Part shown: positions 51,911-64,000 of the stretch, in pieces
Layout: every line of letters starts with the position of its first letter
How positions within the stretch are numbered: the first letter of the stretch is position 1
Assembly (NCBI RefSeq): GCF_009914755.1
Contig: NC_060926.1
Direction: 5' to 3' (one strand)
DNA length: 64,000 nt
DNA from: the human T2T-CHM13v2.0 reference genome, Homo sapiens
Notes under the pieces: generated by a model
Told to the model about the DNA's origin: nothing
Databases searched by the model: none
Seen by the model: the letters and a program-made list of their open reading frames with translations, nothing else
Translations under genes and position numbers: made by a program

Positions 51911-53155
51911 ATTGATCCTTCCTTTCTTCTGCCTCTCCTCAATGGAATTCAGTTCCATTCTCCTCAATAGAATCCAAAGTTTTAAAGGAAAAGATCTGGA
52001 TCCTATCTATTTCAAATGTCCTCTGTTACCCTTTAAGTGCCTCGTACATAGTAGGTATGAAATGAAAGTTTGTGATTTGGGATATAATAAACTTTGGGCA
52101 TAAAGCTGGTGACACCAGTGCTATAGAATGTCATGTCATTATGTGTGGATATCTTTCCCTTGAGTTTTTTATTCATTCCTGATTGTTCTGTCCTAGAGCA
52201 AAGCATTATGCAAACAATGACAGTAGTTACTGGGGAGCTTGAACATGCCATGAACATGCCAAGGGACTGGAAGGAGCACTTGTGGGTTCTTATGCCTCTG
52301 TCTCTCAGACTCAACCCCAGCCCTAAAACCCAGATGCTGGGTCTGGACCTAGGATATCCCACTGCCATTGGCAACTCTTCTCTGTGAGCTTCTGTCAATG
52401 TGGGGCTAAGAGGAGGGGTGGCGGAGGAGCAGGGACCTGCTCTTTCCTTTCTGCTTCATGCCCTTCTCCGCATCACCCCGGGAAGCCTTCTTCCCCAGGC
52501 AGCACGAGGGCTCATTTCAATTTTTGCTTTTCCAACACCCCAAAAATCAGCCGCAATGCACCACCTACTGGGTCGGTCAGTGTTCCCTCCCAGCAGTTGG
52601 GGGCCCACCTGCACGTGACATCTAGCCCAGGCTTCCTTCAACCTCTGCAGCCCTAAAGGTGCCAGCTGCTCCCTGCAGTGGTTAATATGCTCTGTGTTGA
52701 CTCCATATCCCCTTCTGCCTTTGTTGTCCTTCAATACCTGTTCAGCCACTTCCTTCTATTACAATTCTCTCTGTTAAAATAGCTGGCATCATTCCCGTTT
52801 TCCTGAGAATACCATGACTGAGAGAGACCAGAAGGTATATTTCTCCCCTTATGGCTGATGGAAACTTTGCAGGCCTCTAGCAGAAAATTCTCATAATCTG
52901 GAGGCAACTCTCTGACCTGATGTAGTAGCTGCCCTTGCACTTGGTAAGGCGAGACTCAGGAGGCCTGAGTAAGCCCGAGCATCAACAAGGCTGTAACTAT
53001 AAAGAAAGGAAGGCGCCGCCACTGGGGTCAGAAAGGGCTGCCTCTGTGGCTACACCCTCCTGGGGAATTTAACTGACCTAGTGTGCTGAACATCACACAA
53101 GAATAAAAGAACAACTGAATTTGTTAACTTGCCCTTCTTCTTCCATAGTATACTC

Positions 53156-53393
53156 TTTTTTTTTTTTAGATAGGATCTTGCTCTGTCACCCAGGCTGAAG
53201 CGCAGTGGCTGATCTCAGCTCACTGCAAGCCATCCTCCCACCTCAGTCTCCCCAGTAGCTGGGACTATAGTCATGCCACTGTGTTCAGCTAATTTTTTAT
53301 ATTTTTTGCAGAGACAAGGTTTTGTCATGTTGCACAGGCTGGTCTTAAACTCCTGGGCTCAAGTGATCCTCTTGCCTTGGCCTCCCAAAGTGC
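53156..53393 (-). mobile_element. AluJ, 5'-truncated with an internal deletion
   Basis: Poly-T, then gataggatcttgctctgtcacccaggctg... ending at cctcccaaagtgc. Confidence 0.92.
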
Positions 53394-54019
53394 ATGGTAG
53401 ATTATTTTATGCATTAGCTATTCAACTCCCTCCTAAGTGATCTAATAGAAATGGTGCCTTAAAATTATTTCTGAGTCAAGCACTCCTACTCTAGAGAGAT
53501 TGTGTAAGAATAGATTTTATTATTGGTTTTCTTAAACATAATTATTTTCTATGATCTGTTCAATATCTCCCTCTAAAAGACAGAAACCTCCCTGGTCCAC
53601 AACATCAGGGCGCATCCTCGCAGTGTTTAATGAGTATCTGCTTTGTTTCAGCTAATCAGTACCTTTTACTGTGTTTGGCACCAGCTGACAAATGGAAAGC
53701 CAGAAAAAACTACTGTTTAAATGCCAGCAGAATCCCCCAATGGGTTGTTAGCTTAAAAAAAGAAAATTACCTCTGGTCCTTCTCCATATCGTTGAGCATT
53801 TGAGTCGTTTCATCAGAATCTCTAAAGGCACCATCCTAAGTGTTATTAAAGAAGAGTAAGTGGAAGAGAGGGAAGGAGATGGAAATCACTCAGGTTTGGC
53901 TGTATTGGTGCACAAAGATGGCTAAAGGGAATCACGTGACTTGCATCACCATCACTAGCTGAGTAAGTCAGGCTACAGCCCGATTATTGCATACATGTCA
54001 AAGGGCAATCTATCTGTCC

Positions 54020-54150
54020 TCTTATCATGCTTATGAACCAATTCAGAGAGACGAACTAATTTGCCCAATATTACACACCTAGTTGGAAACAGGGCTAGGC
54101 CTAGAATTCAGATCTGTGACATTCAAAATAAGGACACCTTCTACTCACTT
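54020..54150 (-). mobile_element. MIR fragment
   Basis: ttcagagagacgaactaatttgcccaatattacacacctagttggaaacagggctagg. Confidence 0.65.
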
Positions 54151-54201
54151 ATAGTTCATCCCTCACATTAAATTTAGGGGGTTTTTTGGTATTAATTAGA
54201 A

Positions 54202-54838
54202 CAAGAAACAGCAATTTTTTTCAGCAAAGGAACCAATAGAATATACTTTAAGCTTTGCAGCCATACTGTCTGCATTAGTCCATTTTTGCACTGCTATAAA
54301 GAAATACCTGAGACTGGATAATTTAGTTTTAAAAAAAGAAGTTAATTGGTTCACAGTTCTGCAGGAATGTACAGGAATCATGTCAGCATCTGCTTCTGAG
54401 AAGCCTCATGAAATTTACAATCATGGTGGAAGGTGAAGGGGAAGCAGGCAGGTCTTACATGGCCGAGAAGGAGCAAGAGAGAAGGGGGAGGTGCCACACA
54501 CTTTTACACAATCAGATCTTGTGACAACTCACTCACTTACTATCATGAATACAGCAGCAGAGAAATGGAGCTAAACCATTCTTGAGAAACCGCCCCCATT
54601 TCACCTCCCACCAGATCCCACCTCCAGCACAGGGGGATTACATTTCAACATGAGATTTGGGTGGGGACACAGATCCACATCATATCACTGTCTATAGGTA
54701 GTCAAATGTGCCATGGTATCATGAAAGCAGCCATACCTAAATAAATGAGCATGGGTGTGTTTCAGTGAAATTTTATTTAGTTACAAAAACAGATCGTAGG
54801 TCAGATTTTGCGCACAGAGTGTTATTTGCTGACCCCTG
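54202..54838 (+). mobile_element. MER58A-like hAT element split by an MST LTR
   Basis: Left part ...ttaagctttgcagccatactgtc; right part gaaagcagccata...taaatgagcatgg...tttgctgacccctg. Confidence 0.8.
54271..54687 (-). mobile_element. MSTA-like MaLR solo LTR, 417 bp
   Basis: tgcattagtccatttttgcactgctataaagaaatacctgagactgg ... gagatttgggtggggacacagatcc...catatca; perfect TSD CTGTC (54266-54270, 54688-54692). Confidence 0.93.
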
Positions 54839-54849
54839 AGTTAGGTCAC

Positions 54850-55230
54850 AATAGCAAAGAGACCTCAATAGCTCACTTAAGCCAGTCAAAGTTCATGTCT
54901 CTCATACTTAAAGAATCTCAGTATAGAGTTCAGAGCTGATCGAACAATTTGGTGGTGTCAGGAACCCTGGAAAAATTCTTCTTCTTGCTGGCAAGTCTTA
55001 ATGTAAGACCCTCAACTCATTTTCCCAGCTATCTGCTCTAGCTCCATTTATCAGCTTTGAATTTCAGCCAGTAAGAATGGGAATGCAAGGAAATGGGGGA
55101 CAGACCAATTTTCTTTAACAGCGAAGTCAGAAGTTGTTCACATTGCTTTTCTCCACACATGGCTGGTCACTCATCAATCACAGGGCCACCTCTAGCTAAA
55201 AGAAAAGTTGGAGATGTGCAGATTTTGGAA
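54850..55230 (-). mobile_element. Old MaLR LTR fragment (MLT1J/K-like)
   Basis: gtcaggaaccctgg...tgctctagctcca...atcacagggccacctctagctaaaagaaaagttggagatgt. Confidence 0.5.
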
Positions 55231-55469
55231 AGCCAAGAGCACTTCTATGTTCTATTGCCAGAGGAAGAAAGATAAAAAAAAAAGATGAAATAGATAAGCA
55301 GTGATTGTTCCCTCAGCAGATATTTTATTTACTAAGGAATATCTTAGAGAATGTGCCAAATATAGCTGCTTTTTTTAGTCAAATAAAAACCAATATGCTA
55401 GCATTGCCTTTAAAATAGCTGCTTCAATACCGCTTTACCCGCTTTAAAAGGAAGTGTTGCTTTCCAGTA

Positions 55470-55640
55470 GAATAAGTGTAGGCTGTAGAGCAAAATCAAT
55501 CTGGTTTTGTTCCACTATTCATTAAATATTAGGGAACCCTCAGTTTTCTTAACTGTAAAATGGGCCATAAGTAAATCAGGATTAAAAGAGAAGATTTATG
55601 TAGAAGTCCTGGTTCACAGAAGGACATCAGTTAATCAAAA
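55470..55640 (+). mobile_element. MIR
   Basis: cctcagttttcttaactgtaaaatggg...aggattaaaagaga...gtagaagtcctggttcacag. Confidence 0.7.
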
Positions 55641-56489
55641 AATGTCAGTTCCCCTCCATCTTTATTATAAAACAGGGAATTAAGTGGCATGTCAGTATAT
55701 GACAAGCTAAACATGATCTAACTCTCACGTTGTGCCATATTTTATGCTGTATGACTCAGTTTTTAATGGGCTAATTCATCAGTACATAGCCAGCTGTACC
55801 ACCCTCAAAGGTAACATAATACAGAAAAAAGAACTGCCTTGGACTTCTGGGAGCATGGGTTTATTTTCTGACTTTCTGACTCACCTGCCTGAGGAATTGA
55901 AAACTAGAATTACGTACTTGGCATTCTGCAGGTCATTTTGAGGTTTCAGATTCCAATGTCTCACCAAGAAGCATTTCAATTCCATTTTTAATAAACTGAA
56001 AAGTGAGACTTTCTTAATATCTTTTTATAAGTGTCTGCACATATAATGACTCTCATCACAGCCCTTGGAATTTTTATTTGTAAAATGAATCAAGGGCACT
56101 TTCCTATCATGACTTCTTGTTGTACATGCCTGAATCAGGTGCACAAATTGAGAAGGTTCACTTGGTCAAAATTTTAATGTCGTATCAGCAAGCGTCAATC
56201 TTAGAGAAGCAATTAAAGAAATTCATCCCAAACTCACTTGATGGCCCTGCCTGGACAGAGATCTTGGGTCTCCACTCCAGCTAATCAACATTCCACTGAG
56301 ACAGCATTTTCATTTCTCCAGAACATGAATCTCTGAAAGAAAAAAGCCATTGATATAACTCATACCCTGGCCCAACCCTTATCCCCCTTCTTGCAGCTGA
56401 GACAGCTAGTTATTGATTTTCAGGCTTCCTACAGTCAGCAGCTAGAGCTAGTTTGTCAGGAAAGGTGAAAGAGGTAGGCAGGGCATACG

Positions 56490-57090
56490 ATTTATTTTGG
56501 AATTGATGCCCTGTGAGCAAAGTCTAAGTGGGAGTCAGACAGGTTAATGTGAGCAGAAAAGCATTCTGGAAGGAGGTGGCAATGTTAACGGAAATGAGAA
56601 GGCACAGGACTGATGGCATGTGCAGAGAGCTGCAGCATGCTCTTGCAGGGCAGAGTCCCAGGGAGGTGGCAAGAGGAGCAGGAGAGGAACACAGTGTCAG
56701 ACAAGCAACCTATCCCAGAGCTTCATTTTTTAGGCAATCAGACCAACAGAGGGAAACGAATGTGGTCAGGTCCGGCTTCCAAATGCAGCATTGTGCAGCT
56801 GCGTGAAGGTCAGTCTGAGTGGGCAGAGGCTGGGCTTAGGTCAGGAGGTCAGTGCACAGTTGTTTTGAGAGATGATGGAGATCTCAGCTGGGTCCCAGGC
56901 ATCACTGTGGAGAGGATAGGGCAGATTCAATCATTATTCCAGAGGTCACAGCAGTGGGGCCTACCTGATTACACAGTGGTGAGGAAACAGATAAATAAAC
57001 AGGAGGGGCCAGAGGAAGAGGGAAGAGGGAATTCATCTGAGAGAGATGTGCCTGGAGAGCAGAATGGCACAAGGATGGGCTCTAGGGAAG
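56490..57090 (-). mobile_element. L2 fragment
   Basis: Purine-rich antisense L2 text (gtgggagtcagacagg...ttaggtcaggaggt...gagagatgatggagatctcagctggg). Explains ORFs 56528-57101. Confidence 0.55.
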
Positions 57091-57304
57091 GCCACAGGTG
57101 AAGGGATGAATCATCCCAGAAGAAAAGAAACCCCTTCTTCTCACAGGGAACAGAGAGCATTGCCAGGTGAGGGGACTTTTCAGGTTCAACACAACAATCC
57201 CCTTGTCTGTCTAGCCTTTATACACTCATCCTGTGGGGTGCTGTGTCCCAGTTTCTATAAAGCAAGCCTGCCCTTCATGCTTTGCCCCCTTCCTACAAGC
57301 CCAC

Positions 57305-57489
57305 CTTCCCTTTCACTTCTCTACCTTGTTATGATGCGGCAGGAGGCCCGCACCAGGAGCCAACCAGATGTAACCGCCCAATCTTGGACTTCCCAGCCTA
57401 TAGAGCCATGAGCCAAAATAAATGTATTTTCTTTATAAATTACTCAGGCTCAGGTACTCTGTAATAACAACAGAAAAGAAACTGAGATA
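57305..57489 (+). mobile_element. MaLR LTR 3' half (MST-like)
   Basis: atcttggacttcccagcc...gagccaaaataaatgtattttctttataaattac...aactgagata. Confidence 0.75.
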
Positions 57490-57535
57490 GATGCCCACCG
57501 AGAAAGCAGTCTATGATTTGAGATAGTATCATAAG

Positions 57536-57918
57536 TGCTATGTTCTGAATATGACCCCCAAATTCATATGTTGAAACTTAATCTTCAAAATGAGAGTATT
57601 AGGAAGTCAGGCATTTAGGAGGTGATTAAGTCATGTATGTGGAGCCCTCAATGGGAATTAGTGAGTTCATAAAAAGGCTGAAGGGAACTAGCATTGGTCC
57701 TTTTCATTTTTTCCTCCATGTGAGGTTCCAGCATTTCTACTCTCTGGAGGGAAGAGCAACAAGATGCCATCTTGAAAGAAGAGAGATCAGGTCCTCAGCA
57801 GACACTGAACTTGCCAACACCTTGATCTTGAACTTCCTGGCCTCCAGAACTGGAAGAAAATAAATTCATGTTTGTTATAAATTACTCATTTTTTAATAAC
57901 AGCACAAATGGACTAACA
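57536..57918 (+). mobile_element. MaLR solo LTR (MSTD-like)
   Basis: tgctatgttctgaat...ccccaaattcatatgttgaaacttaatc...gcaacaagatgccatcttg...caccttgatcttgaacttcc...aaatggactaa. Confidence 0.85.
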
Positions 57919-58061
57919 TTACAAAATAATAAGGGCCCTAAGAAAGCATAGTCACCTCCTTGACAGTGGACAACAAGAGAGTACATCCTGAATCGTCCTC
58001 AAGTTTGTGTCCCAGATATGTAGCCAATTTTCTCTTACCTATTTTCCCATATAAATAGGGA

Positions 58062-58166
58062 AACAAACCCTATCACCTAAATATCCAACAAACCCTATTA
58101 CCAAAAATATTTCAACAAACCCCATTACCAAAAATATTCCAACAAACTCCATTACCTAAAATATTC
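58062..58166. repeat. Minisatellite, 4 x 25-27 bp
   Basis: Consensus AACAAACCCYATTACCWAAAATATTYC. Confidence 0.93.
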
Positions 58167-58619
58167 TGAGTTTTCCTATGTCTTGCAACATTCCAGTCAT
58201 GATATTGGCTTTCTTAATTACAATTCCCCTTGTCTCCCAGCTATGGTAGATTCACTAACTTTCCTAGAGTGAGAAACACCTCACCTGGTTTCTCACTCTC
58301 AAATTGTTCTCCATTGGAGTCCTCACATGTCTCTTCAATGTGACCTGGATACTTGATCCTCTGCCAGGAAACAGCTCTTACTCTAGACTGCTCCTGCATC
58401 AGAAAAAATAGTGTTCAAATAAGATTTACAGATCTCTAAGACACCAGTTATTTTACCTCCAAACATCTGTAACACCCAGGGTCACTGTGTTGGCTTAATA
58501 GGAAGCCATCTACCTACTAAAATTTGGAGAAGCAAGAGATCCCCACAATTATAATTTACATCCATCTTCTTCTTTAATGTCTAGAATTTTTTTGGCAGCT
58601 AGTTATTCTGAGTTAAGAA

Positions 58620-58800
58620 CTTTGTGCAGCGGAAAGAACAATATAATCAGAGTCTGGGGAACTTGGGTCCAGAGCTTAAATTCACCACATTATTAACCAT
58701 ATGACTTGGAAATAGTATTTAACTTTGTTGAACTTCAGATTCCCAGTGTGTAAACTGGAAGTTTGACCCTTGCTTCCACAGACTACTTATGGGTTAGAGG
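58620..58800 (+). mobile_element. MIR
   Basis: gtgcagcggaaagaaca...agagtctgggga...atatgacttggaaa...aacttcagattccc. Confidence 0.65.
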
Positions 58801-59136
58801 GACTAGTAAAACTAGCGCTACATGTCATCTGTTACACAAGGCAGGCTTTCACACACCATCTCCAGAACCTTCCCTAAAGCTGATGGTGGTTACCTTAAGC
58901 ACATACTGTTATACTTGAATACAATTTTCATAGGTGGATATATATGTTACAGAACAGTTGGAATATTATATTATAACTATTTTTTTAAACTTCACTGTCT
59001 GCTTTTGAAGGTGACAACATAATTTATATTAGTGGGAGTATGTCTCATTTATGAAAATACTTTCATGGCCTTTAGGTTATGTAAAGATCTTAAGTAACCA
59101 AACCCAAACCAAGTGTACAAGGAACTTAAAGGAAAT

Positions 59137-59177
59137 GAGAGAGAGAGAGAGAGAGAGAGAAAGAGGGAGAGAGAGAC
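59137..59177. repeat. (GA)n microsatellite
   Basis: Direct reading. Confidence 0.95.
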
Positions 59178-61729
59178 AACACTGAGGAATTACTTTACAG
59201 AGCAAGTTTTCCCTGGGGTGGGGAGGACACATCACTGTAGAGATTTTATTTTGGTCTTAAATGTTTTTTTTTTTTTCTTTCTTCCCCTGGTAGATGCAAA
59301 AATGGGGTACGAGGGACCTGGGACTAGGGAATGAGTAAAACCAGGAGAAGAGGGCTCTGTTCCAAGGAGAAAGAAATCCAATCAATGGGGTATAGGGTCA
59401 AAGCAGAAGTAGCCATTGGGGAACTCCCAGAAAAAAGGCATGGTCAACAGTTAACAAGGTTTTTTGGATTTTGTTTTTAATGGTCAACAGATATTAAGTT
59501 CGGGGGTGGGAGGGGGGTTGTTTCTAATTCTTTTACTAAAGAGCTTTGTTAACTATTACAGTTCCTCAGTTTTGTCAAGCAGAATGAGGGAGTGACTTGT
59601 GTCCATGCTAGAGATGGGGTAGTGGGAAAACACATCTTTCCTTCCTGCCAGACACCCTTGAGGACCCTGGAAAAGACCACAGCAATTAGAGACAAGCAAG
59701 AGTGAGGCATCAGTGAAGCCTGGAGCTTACGTCTGGAGGGAAACCCAACAAAATGTATCTGTGGAAGGTGTAACCCGCAGGTTCCCAAAACCTCAGTATT
59801 CTCAGCAAATCAAGGGAAGAGAGCCCAATAAAAGCAGAGAATTTCTGCAGCTGCATGCACAGTTCAGATGTTCTACTGAACATGAGTCTATCATGAGATG
59901 CTGATGTCCAGCAAACCCAGAGGCACTTTTCAAATCCTCACAGGTGGAAGTCCTGTTGCATAGACAAGGTAATAAGATGCAGGATGTAGTGAAAAACAAA
60001 AGTTGGCTTTAGCCTGTGTGTACTGAGTAAGTAGATTAAATTAAGGACTCAATTTCATCAATTATAAGCACTTGTGAAGTTGCTGTGAGAGACAGAGATG
60101 ATATTTGTAAGGTGGTTGGACATATTTAGTAAACAGTGCCATTGCCAGGTGTCTGCAGAAATGCATGCCCCATACCAACTGCAGCTAATGGCAACTCAAC
60201 GAGGCAAAAATGGAGAGTTTACTTTCAGATACCCTATGTTTGAAACACAGCCTTCTTCAGGACAGTGGTTGCCACGCCTACATTGAGTTGAGAGCCTTAG
60301 ACTCCATAAGCATTCAATATTAAATAGCAAAGCTCTTTCCACACTACCTAGCAATTTATTTCTGGGTTAATATAAGGTGATAGTTTCAACCTATAAATCC
60401 CATTAAGTTTGAATCCCAGTTACCTCAAGATAATGCATAAGAAACGAGGTTGTCATGGCAATTTAGATCCGAGATTCACACCCAATCCTAGACACTAGAT
60501 CTGGGGCTCAGGAGACAGTATGTTTTCCATGCTTTATTTCTAATACCGGAATTATCTTCTTCCAGCATCCAAAACCCTACTGATGTAGTGTCTGTGAGGC
60601 AGAGATTGTCTTTTCAGATTGGCCAAATAGTGTTCTCGGATGGTAATCAGAAATACAATATAAAACTTTTTATATTGAGAAATTCATATTGGAAAATTCT
60701 ATGTATCTAAAACCTTTTAGTAATGACTGTCTTTTAATCTAATATATAGTTTGAGGTAAATATAGGGATAATTTTCAAGCACATTTTCCTGGACAAATGT
60801 GTGATACCAAACTCTGAGCTGTTCTAAATAAAACCCTTTCATTAGCTAGTTCAAGGCTATATTTTCAACATTCAGCAAATAAAATATACCTCTCACATTT
60901 GAGAACTCTGTCACCAAATTTAACTTAGACACATTTTTCAGATTCCTCTTTCTGACATGATTACTTATACCATTGAAAGGTACACATATGTCCTAAACTA
61001 TTTGAATTGTGACTTCTGTACAAATAAGAAGACCACTTTATCATGAGACCTTTCAGAAAGGTTAGAGGTTCTAAATTGTTTACCCTGTTGGCCAAGAATG
61101 TGAGAGCACAAGAATTATATGCTTTTACATGCCATTCTAGTGATTTCCAGTACCCTTTTTTGACAGTTTTGCTTTTTTCATGCATTTATTGTTTTCAAAG
61201 AGCAAAGGTCTTTAAATTCAGGGACAGAGCTCTCAGCTTTTAGATTGGCAGACCTCAGGGTTTGTCTACTCACATGGGGGCAGAAGCACCATAATTGCTG
61301 GTTGGTCCTGACATTTTCTTGATCTTTCTGTTTTCAAACACCACTTACCACTTTATCTAAGAAAATGCTTCTTCATAAGGAATATATTATTAATATTTCC
61401 AAGGGTATAAAATGACTTTCAGTCCTATTGACATGTTCTCATATATATTGTCTGCACTTAAAACAAAAATCATTAGGCTCTGGGAGCATTTTTATAAAGA
61501 CCAAGCTGAGAAAGAGAAACATTAAAAATGTGTTTGCATGATGACTAACATCATTTAGAAAGTGTTCTTGAAAAGAACAATTAACTATATTCAAAATAAC
61601 AGTATTTGAAGGTACTTCTATTCTCTCTGTTGTACAGATGAAAAGAGTGGAATTTAGGAGTGTTCTGAGGATTTCCAAATTCACAAAGGCAATATATCAC
61701 AAGCCATAATTAAACATTCTTTGGTTGTG

Positions 61730-61930
61730 TTCATTTATTTATTAAATGAAACTAATACATGCCAGATAGTTCAGCCTCTTTGCAAAGAGACAAGATTCAT
61801 TGTCCCACTCTTTAAGTTCATAATTTCTTAGGCAGACAAATGTGTTACCCAGTAAGTTGCCATACTATGCAATAAATGCTACAAAAGAGCAAAATTCATA
61901 TTCTGGAAGAGGCTAGAGAAAGCTTCCAGG
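61730..61930 (-). mobile_element. L2 fragment
   Basis: ttcatttatttatt...catgccaga...gtcccactctttaagttcataatt...agagaaagcttcca. Confidence 0.5.
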
Positions 61931-62859
61931 GGAACTTATTATCTCATCCGGGGTGGGGGGTGTTGGGGCTTTTGGTGTCTCTGTATTATCCTTACCTGGG
62001 GTTTCTTCCTTCTGAAGACTTTTTAAATTTCTATTCACACATAGTAAATATAGGATGGTTTTGTTTTTTCTTAAACCCATCAACTCTTCTGGAACCCAAC
62101 AGACTTTACCCATCTACTCTCTATAAATTAAATGTCTCTTATTTTTCAACAAATATATAAAACCCGATTTGTTCAAAGGCATGCAGGTCTTTCCCAGTGC
62201 CCCCTACCTGTAGGCCAGCCAGCCTTTGCTCAGGATTTCTGGGGAGCAGGGTTCTCAGAGCTTCCTTCCAACTTGGGACATGGTTGCCAGGCTCCTCTGC
62301 CTGTGGAGAAACATCAGTCCTTTCAGAGTGAACTTTATTTCTGGAGATGGACAAAGTGTCGGGGCAAAGAAAGTTGAATGAAAGAAGTGACTGAGCGCAA
62401 AACTGCCATGTGTGGCCTAAAATGAGGTGGCCCTCCACAGTAGTGAGCTCAGTGTACTCCTAGGTTTTTGGAAAATATGTCTTTTGGAATTCTGCAAGAT
62501 AAACATCAATGGTGTTAGGCAGATTGCCGAAATGAGAACCTCACCTCTTTGAAGACTAATTAATTTCTAGAGGTCAAGAAAATGCCACCACCTCCTCACT
62601 TGGCCTGCACACTTGATATCAGCAACTTGATTTCCCCACTAAAAACCAACATTTTATAAATTAATTTACCAAAAATATCAGCAACATACTCCCAGAGAGA
62701 GAAGAGAGGATGAAGAGAGAAAGAGACAGACACAGAGACAGAGAGAATCACTCCAAATATTCAGATTTCCTACCTGGACACATCTCAGTAGGGTATGTAT
62801 GTCTTTGCTGTTGCTGAATGTAGGAAGAAGAAATCTAACCCTTTCTTGGTGTGTCTATT

Positions 62860-63400
62860 TATTTTTCTCTCTCCCTACACTCAAGTTAGAGTAGTCTTCC
62901 TAAAATACAGGGAGGCACTGACATCTTCAAAACTCTACAGTTGTCTCATCTGCTTCCCAAGAAAGTACTAAGTCTTCAATGTGGCCACTGGGTCCTCACC
63001 ATCAAGCCCCACACTGGCCAGCCTGCCACCCATTTTAAACAAAAACCTACCACCCTTTAGTAAGCATAACATATTATTTCAGACCTTTGCCTATGCAGGA
63101 TGTTTTTGCTTAGAATGTCCTCTCATAAATTTTCTTGCACCTAATACCTCTTATATTTTAATGCCCAGTCACATGCCCCCCTTACCCTGTCCATGACTTT
63201 CCCTTTGTCTGAATTACTAGCTCAATACGTCTGCAGCACAGTTTTCTTCTCACTATTTAACATGTTTTTTCCAAGCAACCTTGCACTTTACTTAAATGTT
63301 TTCATGCCTGATTTTCCCTACAGCATCAGAGCACGTCTTATCTCTGAGCTCTAGCTCAAACAGTGCTTAGCAGTAATGAAAGTTAATTGAATTAAATTAG
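62860..63400 (+). mobile_element. L2 3' fragment
   Basis: agagtagtcttcctaaaatac...cagacctttgcctatgc...tgcttagaatgtcctc...ctagctcaaacagtgcttagca...gttaattgaatt. Confidence 0.65.
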
Positions 63401-64000
63401 ATGTGTCATGTTGTATTGTTTGAACTCAGATTCAGAACTGTCTATAGTTGGCACTTAATAGAATTTTTGTTGTTGAAGAACAAAATAAAGTATTTAAAAA
63501 GCCAACACATGCGTAAAATGAGAGTAAAGGAAATGATGAGCATCTCATTATTGAAAGGAAATAGCTGGTGGTGGTTGAATTTATTTTCTTCCAAGTTTTG
63601 TGCATATTATTTTTCATTATAGTAATAATTTCCCAAGTACTTTTCTCCTATTATACATATTAGTTTAATGAAATGATTCTGGTCATGTTAAATTCTTTTT
63701 AAACATTAATATTTTTATTAAATTATTTTTATGGCATCTTACCTCATCCCGAAAGCTTGTGAGACATTTAGCTACAAAAGTGGCAATTTCTACAAACCTG
63801 ATCTCTTTCCTTATTTGTCAACCTCTTGAAAGGACTAAATTTTACATGCTTTTTAAGTCAGTGTTTGAAACACACATACTATAATGAACCATTTTTCCTA
63901 ATGGCGTTATAAATTGGGCACTTATGTTGGGTTTCGTCTTTCTAAACTGCAAGAATAAACTTTAGAGGCTTAATCACTTTATGATTTTTCAGCCATGGTC

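Noticed and set aside
56613-57101. 162-aa ORF
   Set aside because: Lies in purine-rich antisense L2-like sequence; no recognisable protein motif.
58062-58166. CRISPR-like appearance of the 27-bp array (also 3517-3622 and 11644-11697)
   Set aside because: Units are head-to-tail or separated only by microsatellite, there are no unique spacers or cas genes, and the DNA is primate.

Overview
Simian-primate (very likely human) non-coding DNA, judged from Alu, L1PA/L1PB, THE1 and MST elements. I see no CpG island, credible host protein-coding exon or RNA gene. Every ORF I can recognise is a broken L1, L2 or ERV frame, or microsatellite/Alu noise. The main structure is a three-level nest at 6.5-16.1 kb. 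An old L1M 3' end is split, with a decayed TSD, by a once full-length L1PB. That L1PB is interrupted by an antisense ERV1 provirus with LTR1/LTR27/MER52-type LTRs, a tRNA-Pro PBS, HERV-W-like gag and an env tail. A later deletion of about 2.4 kb at a GGGG(T) microhomology removed most of the 3' LTR and the middle of L1 ORF2, and the L1 3' region carries a locally templated 58-bp inverted duplication around a TA-rich tract. The 19.8-35.7 kb region is a stack of old L1M elements with inserted Alus, Tigger4, L1MA and L1PA. The 36-64 kb region is unique sequence with MIR, L2, MER5, MER58 and MaLR elements, several small local duplications, and candidate enhancer/non-coding exon signals near 49-50.6 kb. 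I found no evidence for a genuinely new biological system. The findings are local rearrangements and regulatory hypotheses. Subfamily names come from remembered consensus sequences, and boundaries of old repeats are approximate.
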